From Bispira polyomma (taxonomy: Eukaryota): a stretch of 64,000 bases of DNA. Below the pieces are notes generated by a model. That model did not search any database. It was not told the origin of the DNA and saw nothing but the letters and a program-made list of their open reading frames with translations. Of the stretch, positions 12,701-26,275 are shown in pieces. A program made the translations under genes and the position numbers. Where the stretch lies: the NCBI GenBank assembly GCA_965649765.1, contig OZ287752.1, positions 52,700,001 to 52,764,000 of the forward strand, given 5' to 3'. Positions within the stretch are counted from its first letter, which is position 1. The number at the start of each line of letters is the position of its first letter.

Positions 12701-15700
12701 CATGTGCAACTTAAATAAACTAGTCCTGACAATGGCGTGTTCTTTGAATAAGCTAAATGTATGCTTTGAATTGCTTTATAAGAATACTGTGGTAATAAGA
12801 ATAATTTTAGAAGCATTTGGTTATACATATTTCACCTTTGAATGAATCTGTCCACTTTGAGAGCCACTAAACACAATACTGTCAGTTCCTTGAAATGTAA
12901 TGTCATTGACACTGTAGTTGATCTTTTGTATACCACTCTCTCTATCTTCTACATGTATAGTTAGGCTATAATTATAACATTATAACATAAGTGTTATTCC
13001 ACCTGTACAATTACAAAGACAACAGGGTTTAATAGGTGGCTTAGTATGATCTTCTGTGGCATTAAAATATGTTTAACAAATACCCGAAATTATAAAAGAT
13101 CGAACTTGAAGTAGTACAATGTTTAAATAACTGTACCGAAATGCAGCCTGTATGTTTTAATTTTTTATAAATGAGAATGCATTATAACATCTTAAGGCCT
13201 CTTTATATAGCTTTAAAAGAAAGAAAAAAAAACAAATTGTATGGTTATTCTGTATATATTGAGTATTTCAAGTAAACCTGTATGTATAGCACATGAGAAA
13301 AAAAAACACCCCATCATAGAATTATTTAAACCAATTCAGGTTTCTAATACTTAATTTTACCAGCTATGGTAGTTTTATATGAAACTATTTTTATATCATC
13401 ATATTATTATCAATATTTGTGCAAACATCAGTATCAGCATACCTTGACATATAAGGCTTTCCAGATATTGTTGCATCAACATTTTGCGTAAACATGATTG
13501 TTTGATTGAATATGGCTGAAGAATCATCTAATCTGATCTTAAACTTCTCGCCCTGGTCAATAAAAGGGCAATGATGGTTAGAGTCTATTTTGAATATGTC
13601 GAACATTACAATACAACATTTGCTCTTTATTCTTTATATATTTTGATAGACTTATCTATATGACAGATTGTTTCACAGAAGAAGTTCAGTTTAAGAATCT
13701 CACCTTGCTGTTACCCACAATGTCAGTTGCCACTAGATGTAAATACATTACACTATTCCCTGAAACAGTGATAGATTCTTTGTGTTGCTGGACAGATGGG
13801 GGTAAAATAGTATATTGCCCTGGTGAAGGCTCAGATTCCTCACTAGTAAAGGCTATTCCAAAACGATTTATACCATGGGTATTTGAAATCTGGCTGACTG
13901 TTCTTAATCCATAGTTGTCATCAAATGTAACATCTGTACGTGGTTTTACTTCAGCCAAAAGATTGTTATCATGCAGAAAATTGTTCCTATATCTGAAATA
14001 ATAAATTTGTTATGTGCCCTGTATAAAATAATGTTATAGTTGTCACTCATTTCTATATACAAAGTCTTTGATGCCACTGATAGAAATTTGCTTTGCATTG
14101 GCTGACAGTTAGCTAGTCTTTTTGACAATAAACAACATTTAAATGATTAGTTTAAGTGAAACATTGCATTTTAAGTTATATTTGAATTTGGATATTTAAC
14201 GTTGACTCTAGTACCTTTTATTAGGTTATATTGGGACGGGTAGTTGGAAACGCTGGAGAAAACACTGCATACAGTCGGTCAAGGTTCTGCAGAGAAACCA
14301 GGGGCCCACAGTAAGGAACTACCACCTTTCCCATATAGGCATAGACTGGATTCAAACTCACGCCACCCAGAGGTGAGAGACCAGTGATTGTGAAGCGCAA
14401 TGCTTGCTAACTGCTAGGCCACCGCGGCCCCACATTTTAGGTTATCAAAAAAAAAAGAATTTAAGTTTTACCATATACCTATTTTTCCAGGTAATTGTTA
14501 CAGTTGCTACTGTGGTTGTAATCCAGTATGTAGAGCCGATCACTTTAGTTCCTCCTATCTGTACTGCGTGCTCGTCATCAGTGTCTATTCTACTGGTGTT
14601 GTCATGCAAGAATAATGCACGAGCCTTGACAATGTTGCCAGTATGGTCAACAGCTTCAAAAATGGCACTGTACATGCCTGTCGTGAGATTACAGTTGATA
14701 AATTAATTCATTTGTAGTCAGTTTTCAGTACGCATCTAAAACCTTATGGAGTCAGTACAGTAGCTTGGATTCAAAACAATAATTCTTCTTTAGTAAACTA
14801 AAGAGGCAAAAATCAATCTTTAGCATCAGTAAAAACCATTAGAAAATGATTTTGCTTGCCCCTGGTATAAAAATAAATAACTTATGGCTGTTCTGGTATG
14901 TGATTATCATAGCAACTAGTTATCTTACTTTACCTTGAACAAGGTCCTTCATTTTTGAAGACAAGTGTTTTACCTACCGTGCCCAACGTTATTTTTATAG
15001 TAAGAAAAATTGCTCTACTATTTTGTTTAACGATTAAAAGAAATTATAATGAAAATATATTAGGACAAGTATAATATTTTATCTTTACCCCAATTTAAAA
15101 CAAATTGTTATTAAATAGATTTAAACTATACCTGGATAATTAATATCTATGTAAGGTGACATAGCATCGACAGGTAAGGTAGCTTTTGTAACATACTCTG
15201 CCCTTTCCACAAGCAGACCAGTGCTGTCTACTTCCATCATGTAGACGGTGTACCTGAACTCTTCTAATCCAGAATCATTGTCAATCCAGCCTGCGAAATC
15301 TAACTGGGTAGTTCCATACTGTCACCATCAAAAGAAGAATTAATATAAACCAAACACAGTTTTTGCAGGCAATGTAAATGACAAGATTTTGTATTAACTT
15401 TTATCTCCAATACTCTATAAAGTGACTGTACATTGGTATTCTGGTTTAAATGAATGACCTTATGAATCCTCTCATATTACTCTGCATTCAATTAATATTT
15501 ATTCATCAGAGATTTCAGTATCACATTTTTTTAACCTTGGCTACAGACTTGGCTATAAACTGACAAGTAAGTAGTTATCAAATCAATGATTGCATATACT
15601 AAGCACATATTTAAAATGCTTACCTTGGAAACACCTGGCACAAATTCACATGCATACGGTTTATTAGCAGGGCATGTTCTGTCAGAAAGGCAATGTTTCG

Positions 15701-18700
15701 GGGGCTCAAGGTCAAATTTAATCTGAAAGTCATAAGTTGTTGTGCTTCCAGTAAACACCCTCTTCTCGACGTTATTCGAATTATCCACATATTCCTTATA
15801 GCCTCCAGATTGTGACACTATCTTCAAATTCAGATGGTCCTTGTGAGAGGCCACTGCGGTGTGTGACCAGTTGTATTTCTGGTTGTGACAATTTAGGGAC
15901 TTGTGGGGGTTGTCAGAACTGGGCTGATTTTGACCTGGACTGGTATCAATTATACACGGTATTTGCACTGGACCCCAGATCTGTACATTTGCTGTTAATG
16001 ACAAAACAGTTACAACATAACCAAAAATGGTATTTTATTATCCACTAGTTCTTGAAATGCACCAATTTGGTGTGTAATTCAGACCGGGAATAAGTTAATA
16101 TGGCGTATCACTCAGCGCCATTGTAAATGTATATGAAAACTATAGTAATTACAGGTTTTTAGTGTCAATTTGGCACAATTTTTTAAGGTAGTTGTCAAAA
16201 GTCTTTGACACAAAAGATGAACCTTAAACAACAAAATGGTATATTAAACTCGGTTTTAAGTGTTTTAAAAACACTAATTTGAAGTTAATTATTTATGGTA
16301 ACAATTCTGTACTTCTTTATTTACACTATTTGGGTGTGCCATGATCAAGACTGTTTCGTATGTTTTTGGTGGTTTTAATATTGTTATAGTAAGCAAATTA
16401 ATTCATAAACAGTTAAAAACTCTCCACATGTATAAAATATAAGCATTATGTAATGTTACTGCACATAAAACTATATTTTTAGTGCCATTTAAGTTAATGT
16501 ATAGATTGTATTTAAAGCTAATTCTGTAAATTGACAAATCAGTACTTTTGTAAATATTATATAATTGAATTTTCAATATTTTAGGACTTTTTCTGACTGT
16601 TTTGTATAATATTGTGACCTGTATAAGCATAATTACATTTTATAAATGGACAATAAAAGTAGAAGAACCCTTGATGTGTATCAGAAATATACAATTTTAT
16701 GTAGAAATTTAACCATCATTCATCATTACTGTAATTTTAAGTAGTTTACTATGTTTCCACTATCATTAAAAGATTAGCGATTATCCAATCTAAATCTAAT
16801 ATAGCATGTCAGTTTTGATTTCTAGTTACAGTGGTCTTTAAAGTGACAGGAACAATACACTGTACATACAGAGAGGCTCACTCGACCAACCAAATTGTTC
16901 ACCATAACCAGGTGGTTCTTTTTGGAGGTACTGAACGATTCACCAGTATCAAAACAGGACTATGAAAAAGTGTTCACTATAGGGAGGTGCTTTTCATTTA
17001 CAAGTGTCTACTAACAGGTTTTAAAACATCCATATTTTGTTTTCTGTCACTTTAGTGGAAAGTTTACTATACATCTCTATATGTTATTGTTTATAGCATG
17101 TTGCAAATATTTTAACAAATAACTACAAGAATGAATATTCAAATCACAGTGCAGAAGGGTAAAAATAAGAGATAATTATCTATTTAACAGTTGAAATTTG
17201 TAATAAAAATTAAAGTAGACTAAAAACTAAAATAATTATTAGATAAGTTACTTAGATTCTAAACCTACTCTACCTTTATTATTCATTGTCAACTCTGCAT
17301 ATGAGTTTATCAATCCAAATGGAGCGGCCACCATGTATTCACTAGGTAGAGGTGGTAGGTCACCAGGCAGAGGAAAAACCACCTCATAGCTCATCTCTAG
17401 CACACTGGGCAGTTTGGTATTACTGTAGAGAGATGGCTTAATTCCATACTCATCTGCCATACAATTGCCGTTGAAACTTGTAGTTGATTTCCCTGCCTCA
17501 TTCATTTGAAACTGGAGGCCACATGTCCTAAGTGAGCCTCCTTCTAAGACTGAATAACACCAACACTAACAGGGTATTACAATTACAGGTATATAAATAT
17601 ATATGTAGCATGTGCTCATGTGTCAAGTAATAAAATAATACCATTGAAGTATATACTCATTGTGACTGAAAGGACTTGGGAAATATGGGAGGAAGTCATA
17701 TATTTTAAATTTTGCAGCTAATAGATGGACCTGTTGACTTCAAATGTGACCTCAAGTATAATGCAAAGAAATAGATGTTTACAAATATAGTAATGATATT
17801 CCATTCAGACTAAGGTAGTAACATTTTTATAAATAACTACCAACATCACACATTTGCAGGACCCTGACTTAAGTTATTTATTGTAAACTTACTACACATT
17901 GCACCATTACTTAAAAAGGTTAATTAACACATGCTTACTCTTGCTACAGGATGATCCAGTAAATCCTGAACTACAGACACATTTGCCACTAGTAATGGAA
18001 CACGTACCAGGGTAGCAGTCATTGTTTACAGAACAGATTGCTAAAATACAGGCAATTGGTGACAATGTCATCACAACACAACATATATACTAGGTAAACA
18101 TCATTGAATTAAGTTGGGTGTTAGCAGCTTATATCATGACAACCAGATTAAACAGTGGAAGAACCAGTGCTGAAACACTGTAAACCACCAAAGTTTCCCA
18201 CATAAAAGAACAAACAAGATGCCAACCAACTGGTGAGAGACCAGTGATTGTGAAACATTCACTTCTACCCGCTGGGCCACATCACCACTAAATATCTGAA
18301 ATACAACATTATGTATGTACCCTTAGTAAACTGCATAGTTTCCTTGTAGCCATTTATGTTTTAATATGAACACATTTGGCCGTCTTTCCATTTAAAACCA
18401 TGATGGAATTCACAAATTAAATGACCCAATATGGCAGCTGTTGTACTGATAACTGGCAAAAGTGATAACAATTGTCTATCTAAATACTAACCTAAAGTAC
18501 ATGTTGAACCTGAGCTTCCTGGGCGGCAATAGCAATCTTGAGGTGCTATACAGACTGCATTATTTTGACAGTTGGTACACACAGCTATAGGTATGGTCAA
18601 ATATAAATTAACAAGTATTAACAGCAACTATAAACAATACAAATAGAGCTATACAGCACACCACCCTTAAAAGATACCATCATTTTTTATGTTTATAGCT

Positions 18701-21700
18701 TGACAATTTGATGCATATAAAATCTTTCAAAATGGAAAATAAGTTTGTCGATGTTTTCTATCTTGTTGCAGTATAAATCACAAGTTATGTTATAACAATG
18801 TGTGTGCAAAATCAGAAGAAGTAGCTATTTCGTACAGTCGGCATATGTAGTAGAACTGATCCAACATAGTTAAATAACTATTGTATATTGTGTACAGAAT
18901 TTTTCTGTAACGTAGCAAATATTGTCAAATGAAGATTTTCATTCACTGATACTTGTATTGTCACATTGAATACACATCCAACAGACCAACAAATATGTAC
19001 ACAGGTTCTATCCACACAACAAATAGAAAATGAATATGTCAGATGAGATGTTTGCACGCTGATAAAAGAATATATAGAAAACATACAAGTTACTCACGTA
19101 TGTCACACTGTGTCCCTGTGAAACCAGTACAACAGCCTTGTCTGACTTTTGCTTGGGCTTCGTAGTATGAAACACTTCTGTACTTAGTACAATGCTTTGA
19201 CCTCCTAGATAAAGCAAAATCAGTAACCTGAGTATGTTTTAGTAAAGCAATAGATATACCAGCAACCCCTTCGATCTTGCTTTAGTTTGCTATCCTTCAT
19301 AGTCATTAAAACAATTATATTTTTCTGCTGCTTGCCATTTTCATATTTATTAAAACAATTTGACCTGCTGCAACAGTCACAAATGCAGAATTAGGTCTAA
19401 ATCTTACTTCAAACTTTAGTTTTGATGATGTTGCACATGACAATGATGTCAACAAAGCAAATATGAGTAAAACTTCTTCAGCAACATTATTTAACCTAAT
19501 ATCGATAACAATACAATGTTACAACAATACACGATCCATTCTATTCACATAAAATCAAAATAATCAGAATATTCTGGAACAATATCTCAGTAACGAATAA
19601 ACTAAAAAAATCTGGTCATAAGGTTTTGTGCAAAATACCTGTACTAATTGTAATGCAAAGCAAGATACAAGAATTGTCCTTTAAAAAAGTATTTAGCACA
19701 CATTGTAAGTGACACCCCTCAATCTAACCAGGTTGATTGAAATCAATATCACGCCGTGCCTTTATACCAAAATAGATTTAATACAGACTGTAGCCTTAAG
19801 TCTTTACTTACCGACATCGGGACCAGCCCCAAAACCCACATGAGGTGTAGTAATAACATGTCCCCACATATGACTCTGATCTTGTCTTGCTCACAGATGT
19901 AGTGTAGTGAATGTCACAGAAACCACTACAACAACACAAAGCCATCATTATGTGTTTGTAGTTACTGGAAACTGTGGGATTTATTATTATTATTAATTTA
20001 TATAGTGCCTTTTTAGTTGGTCAAAGAAAAGTATACGATGACCATGACAGATAAAAATAATAGTACATCAAATGATTAAACAAGATATATATGTAAAGAA
20101 GAGATTGTAGAAAATAAAACTACCTCCCCTAAAATGTAGGTACGGTAGAGATAAGTCTTAACTGAAATAGAGTCGTTACAAGGACAGGATAACTCTGAAG
20201 GGAGCCGTACTGATCAGCCGATACACACTCACTTGCAGAGTTTATCTAACATGTTTGAAAACCTCTATAACATCCTCCATTGAAAAGAAATAAGTCTTTT
20301 TATCAAGAGATAAGTCGTTAGTGGGGTGAATCATACATGATAATGGCCTCCAAACTTATAATCGTTATATTGGGGGGTATGATCGGTATAGTTTAACAGG
20401 GATATTACATACACAGAAATAAAAGTAATCAAACAAACTATAGCAAATACAAAAAAATGAATAGTTCACAAATTGTAAACATTTGAACTAGCTTGATATA
20501 TTAGTCATGCTGCAACATACTGAAGCCTTTTTATCTGTTAAATGTTCCTTTTTTTGTACCAAGCAGTAGACCACAACAATAGTCTAATTGCGATATTACA
20601 AGAGCTTAAACTAGTGATTTATTTGCATCAAATGTCAGAAACTTTCTAATTCTATATAATCTTATTGATTGTTTTCATCAAAATATGCACCATGATTCCT
20701 AAATGAGAATACAAATTTAATTGTGCAGTCTCTAACTGTAATTTCGATGTAGGATGGTACTTTATGATATTTTCAATACAATTTTCTGAGGAACCACAGC
20801 AATAGAATTATTGTTATTTGGATTTAAAGAAATGTAGAGTTGACTATCCCAATCAACAAAAGCCAAATTAACATTTTAGCCTGGTTGTGTGAAGTGTCGT
20901 GCTTTGTGCTTTGGTACGGGATAAACAATCTGTACTGAAGTTCTCATCAAAGCCTATTTGTAGATATTACAATTACTTATATGAGTGCCTTATACAATCA
21001 GCTACACAAAGTTCTTACATATGAAGAACGACAATTACAGTTTTGGGCAAGAGATCAACATATTTCTTATTATTGCGAAAAAGGTGCATTTATTTGTGGA
21101 GATGAGACCTGCACATATCGAAAGGTTCAGAATAACCAATCAATCCAACTTTATGATAGTTTGCCATTTGTTGGTTAAAGTTCAGAACAATTGATTATAT
21201 ATTGTTGCTGTGTATATAATCAATTAGTTAGTATTGCATAAAACATACCTGCATGATATCAAGACCACATGTGCTCAGTTCGTCAAATAATAAATCAAAA
21301 GTAAATATGAGGTTATTTTATTAGCATTGTGTGCATATATAGTAAAGGTATGTTAATATTTTATGCCAATAGCCTGTGTCTATTCTAATGTTATACCGAG
21401 AGATAGAATTCTAAACAGTGAACTATGTGATCTCAAGTGTTTATATCCACATGTACACATCCACACAATTAAAGAAGATAGAGTCATATTATTAAAGGAT
21501 TTTTTTATAATTTTAATATTTTATTTTGCATAACAAGACATAAAAATGTTTTTACAATACATACATAACAAGTTGTACAATTTTCACGATCTTACATTTA
21601 CACACATATTAAATAAACAAAGAGACAGATATATCAGTGTTAGCAGATCAACAAGTACTAATGTGATGCACAAACTATGATACTCAGTAATTAATAATCA

Positions 21701-24700
21701 GGTGAATCTAATTCCCGATTTGGTGCCATTCTTTTCAAGATTACGTTAACATTTTTTAACAAATAAATGAAGTTTTGAAATGACAGGTTTTTATTTTTAC
21801 TTCCTTGTTTGTTGGTGAAATGTGTTGCTAAAATGAAGACAATTTTTTTCCAGAAGTTTGCATTCCAGCAGTGTAAGACAGTATGAACACTTTTGCAGAT
21901 GATGGGGGGGCCTCTAATTCCTTACCTAAATATTATAATTTAATGTGTAAAACTTTATACTAAGAACATTGCATGTATGCTTCTTTTATCACTATTATAT
22001 ATTTCTAAAAAGTGGCACAGGTTTCTACTGACATTGGTGGCTTAGACTGTATTCTTTTTATTAGATCATTATATGTCATATTTGATGCGAGATTGCAAAG
22101 GGGCACTAGTTTGATATTAACCTTAATTTGAATTGAATTAGTCAACTGGTTTACAGGCATAACAATTGATTGGAATCGAGCTAGTCATTTGATTTATATT
22201 TGCATTGAATGTCATATTTACGTTATTTTTCTTAAAAATTTCACTATTGCCATCTAAAATATCCATTATTTTAATATTGTACCTGAGGTGGTTAAGATTT
22301 CACGAAATATGTCTCTACTTTTCTCTCTTTGCTATGGTTATGTTTCTGTTATAAATGATATATTCGTTCAATACTTTCTCATTTTCAATTAGGTCAGAGT
22401 TTAGCACAGTTTAGCACAGTTTAGCATGACAGTTTAGCCTGGCAGTTTAGCCCAGCAGTTTAGCCTGAAAGTGGGGCCTGGAAGAGCACAGGACTAAAGC
22501 TTATTCCATTCGCACATCCATTCGAGAGGGGATGAAGTTGTAAGTGTTTAAGCAATCTAAGTTTACAGCCAACACAGAGACCCACCACAATAAGGACTTG
22601 TATGACAAGGTGAGGCAATAGTAAGACGATGCCAAGCAGATGCAGATGTGAGTTGCTACCGCACCTTCTGCCTCGAGTAAGTTGCTGATGGCTGAGATAA
22701 ATGATTTGCGCTTAGCCTGTTTCAGGAAGAGACATTTTAAATGTTAGGGGGTATAGAAGACAGACTGATGTTCTTATCAGGGCCTTAAGTAGGGCCATGA
22801 ACTGACCCACATTGGTAGTTGTAGTACATCAGCAACTCAGACTCTAACCACCCATTCTACTCCTGCTCCTCCTCATGTAGTGATGTGACCACAACCAGCT
22901 GTTGTTGTATCGATTCTATTCGTTGACCCTACTGGGTGTGCTCCAATCAGAACAGCTATTGCTTTGATGTAACTAGGGATGATGCATATAACATCAGAAG
23001 GTTATCTGCTTATTGAAAACTTAAGCACATGGTGTTAAGTCAGTTTAATGCTGTAAATATCCTAACCCTGTAAGAATCTATTGTCTCATCTTAGATCCAG
23101 CAAGAAAAAGCGGACCTTGATGATTGGGAGTCAGAGAAGGAAAAACGAAGCCAAACACAATGTAAATATCCATACCCAACCTTTGAGATACTGTGTGTAT
23201 ATGTAAATAACCTTGATAAAAATGTGCATACTTTAGCAATAGTAAATAATTGTAAATAATCGAAGAAACATAGCAGTGATACTTGGAAGTGAAAGGGATG
23301 ACACGGGAAACAATGGGGGGCATGAGTGGCTCTATAATAAGCTTGATCCACTGTATAAAGACACTCAGAAGAAGGTCATGCTGTGGGAGTCGTACTGCTC
23401 AACCAAGGGATTGGACTATGTAGAAGTGATGAAGTGGGTCACATCCCAGAGGACTATATTTGGCAAGCTGAGTGTGCCCAAGTCTGAACAAGCTGTCTCT
23501 GTAAACAGCTGCGACCAGTCCTCTGGGGTGGTGGGGCAGTAGAGGAATTTCTACTGGAATTCGTTGATGAATGCCTGGCAAACCTCGGGAACAAACGTGG
23601 CGATGGTTGACCTCCCCACCCGGATTGCTTACTGAAGTGAGGTGTACGACTCCCTAGTCGCCAAATGTCTTAAAGTTATTGCAATCTTCAGCCCAGGTGA
23701 GAGTGCCTTGCAGTACCAGGTCGTGTTTCTTGCAATCCTGGGGGCCACCCTCCAATCCAGTTCTTGGAAAAATTCCGGGGTCATCCTCAAAAAGTTCCTA
23801 TACGACCTTGTATCTTGTGCCTCCATCCGTGGTAGAAGTGCCGAGTAGTGACCGTGCTCCTCCCTATCCCTGAATGGATACCCAAATATAATAATTTGGG
23901 GTATCATGTTGCTCAGTTGACTTATTAATAAAAACTGTCTGGATTTTGTGTGTTCTCCCCCTATATATAGGGTTTTGGAGGCGAATTGCGCGGTTCTGTA
24001 CATCTCCCAATTGCAAAATTGCAAGATTTATGTCTTTGAGGTAGCGAGTAATCGGGATCGATGTACCAACCTATCGGGAGCGAGGTACCGACCTATCGGG
24101 GATGACAACGACCTATCTTTATGATCGCTCCGACTTATCTCTGTCAATCGGGAGGATTTTTTGGCAAAATTCCCAATCTGTCCCAATCTATCAGGCCTTG
24201 CTCCCGACCTATCGTAAGACTTGGGAACCATTACGATTATAGTCGTGCGACCTAAAATTTCCCGCCTTTTTTTTCCAAAATCGGGGCAAAATGCTTAAGA
24301 TTGCTCCCGACTGCATTATCAGGGTCTCCTCTTGATCGGTCGGCATAGTGTGACAGGGGCTTTAGGAATTACTTGACACTGTGTGACCCTAAAACTAACC
24401 CGGCCTTAATATTTTCACTACACATATTTTAAATTTATGCATTTTCTTACTTATCCCTGCAGTGGGTTGCTTTAATAATGTTTGTTTTAAAAGTGCTATT
24501 ATCACACTTGATTAAAATAGTTTCAATTCGAACCAAGTCACATATGATTTTTTTCAATCTTGCAAGATTTTCGCGGCAAAAAGTCATATAGTTTACCTGC
24601 AGAGTTCTCATGCCACCTACTCATCAGACAGTTCACTCTAAATTTATTTTTCAGCGTATATTGAAAGTTTATTCCTGTCTGTGCAAACTATGCCTAGTAC

Positions 24701-26275
24701 CTAGTCTGGATAAGTCTCGAATATTTAATAAATGTACTGATATATATATTGCTATATTAAACACATATATTTTGACAGTACAAAAACTTCTTCTTTAAAA
24801 CTTTAGAAACCTTGTATATTTATTTTCTTTTTAATTTTTCAAAATTAAATTGCTGCATATGTATTATATGTCGTTAAATACCTATTAAGGTGAATCTTAA
24901 AATGTATCAATCAAAATTAAATTTTAAAAATGTATATCATTTCAAAAGTAAATAATGAGATTAAGCCCACAAAAGTAAAACAGTGTAATTCCAAAATATC
25001 GATTACAGAATCTTTTTGCATTAAGCTTAAACTATTGAAAGACATACCATATTTGCTTTACTTCCTACATCTTATCACATAAAACTATTTTCAACACCAT
25101 TACGATATTGACTGAAATCTCATAATACTGATCAGGCAATCTGTGTAAAAATGAACCCCAAATATCAGTCACTATGCGAAATAGTAATTTTAGTTACTAT
25201 GCATAATGACCAGTGGTTTCAGGCATTATGCACATTCCCTAACCCCTAAAAAAACATAAATGGAAAAGGCGCAATGGTCATTACAAATTTATTTCTAATC
25301 TATTTTTCTTTTAGTTATATATTATTTGCATACTACTGTAGATATAAAATGTTAAAATGTACTTAGCCTGGGGTGCCAGGCCACCATGCACTCCAAGGTG
25401 AAACATAGTAGGGCATTATGCCCCAACCTGCCATTAGGTTATTATAATTAAGGTGTATTGTGATGATGCACAGTTCTTATATACATACAATATGTAACAA
25501 AATGTTATTGCAATTTACGCAGTAATGGTTAATAGCCTGTACTGGCGCAAGGAAAGTGGGAGCAGATGTGACAACCCACATGATTAATTTAACCCATTTA
25601 AGCCTGTACTGGCCAAGCCAGTTCAGCAGTAATGCCAACTTATTTATCTGCCAGGTTGAAGGCCTGGTCTGGCCAAACCGGATACCCATATGCCAACGTT
25701 TGACAAAGTTATAAAATGACCAGAATTTTGTGTTCACTGGTAAACATGAAAACACCCTGACATGTAAAATATATCTAGCAAAATGACTGAAAGTTGTACT
25801 CATTACGCGTCATGAATGGTTACACAGATTGACTGTAACATATATAACAAAGCATTCATTTAAGTATCATATTTAAGATTATGTACGTTATATGTATGTT
25901 ATATAAACATTTAATGCTGAACTTTTTTTATCAGGTAAATAATAACAAAATATATTAAAACAATTTTGTAATACCCTGTTACATTACTTAATCTGCTTCT
26001 CATTTATAAAAAAATAAGAATATTTTTCATTTACAGCTTTAATATTAATAAAAGTTATTTTATTGAAACTTTGTTTTGTATGTTTTTCAAACTTCTTTAG
26101 TTTCTTTGTTGACATGATGTCACAAATAAAATAATTTTTTTTAAGATATGGATAAATTTTATTGAAGAAGTCGACATTTTTAAAAAGCATAATTTAAATA
26201 TAGATCTAACCTGTAAACAACCCCAATGGAGCAGACACAAAGCAGAAATCCTACAAATACTGGTAAAACATCCAT
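1898..26275 (-). CDS. Single-pass EMI/EGF/FN3 receptor tyrosine pseudokinase, 26 coding exons, 1296 aa
   Basis: Exons assembled by hand, all GT-AG, total 3891 nt in frame: 26211-26275, 19812-19925, 19098-19204, 18492-18584, 17939-18040, 17274-17549, 15624-15991, 15132-15318, 14479-14677, 13704-13992, 13443-13552, 12836-12965, 12278-12469, 11951-11987, 11204-11509, 10777-10824, 10307-10459, 9359-9453, 8428-8514, 6661-6787, 6145-6258, 4546-4694, 3879-4010, 3361-3487, 2510-2606, 1898-2084. Signal peptide MDVLPVFVGFLLCVCSIGVVYS; TM GVWIGAGIGALILLVAMVLATLIFI followed by RWR; kinase motifs KWMAPE, DVWSYGI, CW..EP..RPSF. Confidence 0.9.
5575..5880 (-). mobile_element. L2-clade LINE 3' fragment (intronic)
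   Basis: Minus strand translates GSRAFSTAAPLLWNSFPVDLGSVDTLINFRKKLKNYL, the typical L2/CR1-group ORF2 C-terminus; related copy at 8800-9290. Confidence 0.8.
6811..8010. repeat. Composite intronic repeat: ~70-bp-arm inverted repeat, ~500-bp direct duplication and a near-exact ~111-bp tandem duplication
   Basis: Arms 6811-6882 and 6905-6973 are inverted; 6950-7500 resembles 7505-8010; 7677-7787 is repeated at 7788-7899. Confidence 0.7.
8583..8789. repeat. Intronic ~207-bp direct repeat, copy 1
   Basis: Near-identical to 10017-10245 (AGTTACATTATTGAAGCGTAAC...CCTTAGATCGATGTTA). Confidence 0.9.
8800..9290 (-). mobile_element. L2-clade LINE 3' fragment (intronic)
   Basis: Same family as 5575-5880: shared CAACAGCAGAATCA...TCCAATC 3' UTR and a decayed RxFSxAAPLLWN-type reading frame. 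Confidence 0.7.
10017..10245. repeat. Intronic direct repeat, copy 2 (extra internal ~22-bp tandem duplication)
   Basis: Matches 8583-8789; GACTATCTACCCTGCTACCCTT is present twice. Confidence 0.9.
11204..11509 (-). CDS. Fibronectin type III domain exon (exon 15 of the receptor)
   Basis: PPPQNVKV...VNITW...IDGLRPLTEYTVTV, phase 1-1 exon. Confidence 0.9.
14222..14431 (-). mobile_element. tRNA-derived SINE
   Basis: Minus strand begins GGGGCCGCGGTGGCCTAGCAGTTAG (A-box-like) ... GAGTTTGAATCC (B-box-like), then a TGGGAAAG...GGTTTCTC core. Confidence 0.75.
17939..19925 (-). CDS. N-terminal EMI domain and two EGF-like domains (exons 2-5 of the receptor)
   Basis: C..(SCGFWGWSRC)..CTKYRSVSYY..CCTGFTGTQCDIP is an EMI-like Cys pattern. 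CTNCQNNAVCIAPQDCYCRPGSSGSTC and CSVNNDCYPGTCSITSGKCVCSSGFTGSSC are EGF-like, each on a phase 1-1 exon. Confidence 0.85.
18105..18283 (-). mobile_element. Decayed tRNA-derived SINE
   Basis: Shares GGTGAGAGACCAGTGATTGTGAA with the 14222 copy and the CAGCACTGGTT..CCAC core with the 27254 copy. Confidence 0.65.
22397..22468. repeat. Short tandem repeat of (C)AGTTTAGC(A/C) units
   Basis: Six AGTTTAGC cores spaced 10-13 bp apart. Confidence 0.8.
23276..24361 (-). mobile_element. Internally deleted PIF/Harbinger transposon in receptor intron 1
   Basis: Minus strand: transposase N-terminus YRNFLRM..FQEL..V.PRI....T...ALSPGLKIAITLRHLAT.ESYTSLQ with stops. Convergent plus strand: MADF/Myb-like HEWLYNKLDPLYKD..KK..LW. 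TIR AGCCCCTGTCACACTATGCCGA ends at 24361 next to TTA. Confidence 0.85.
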
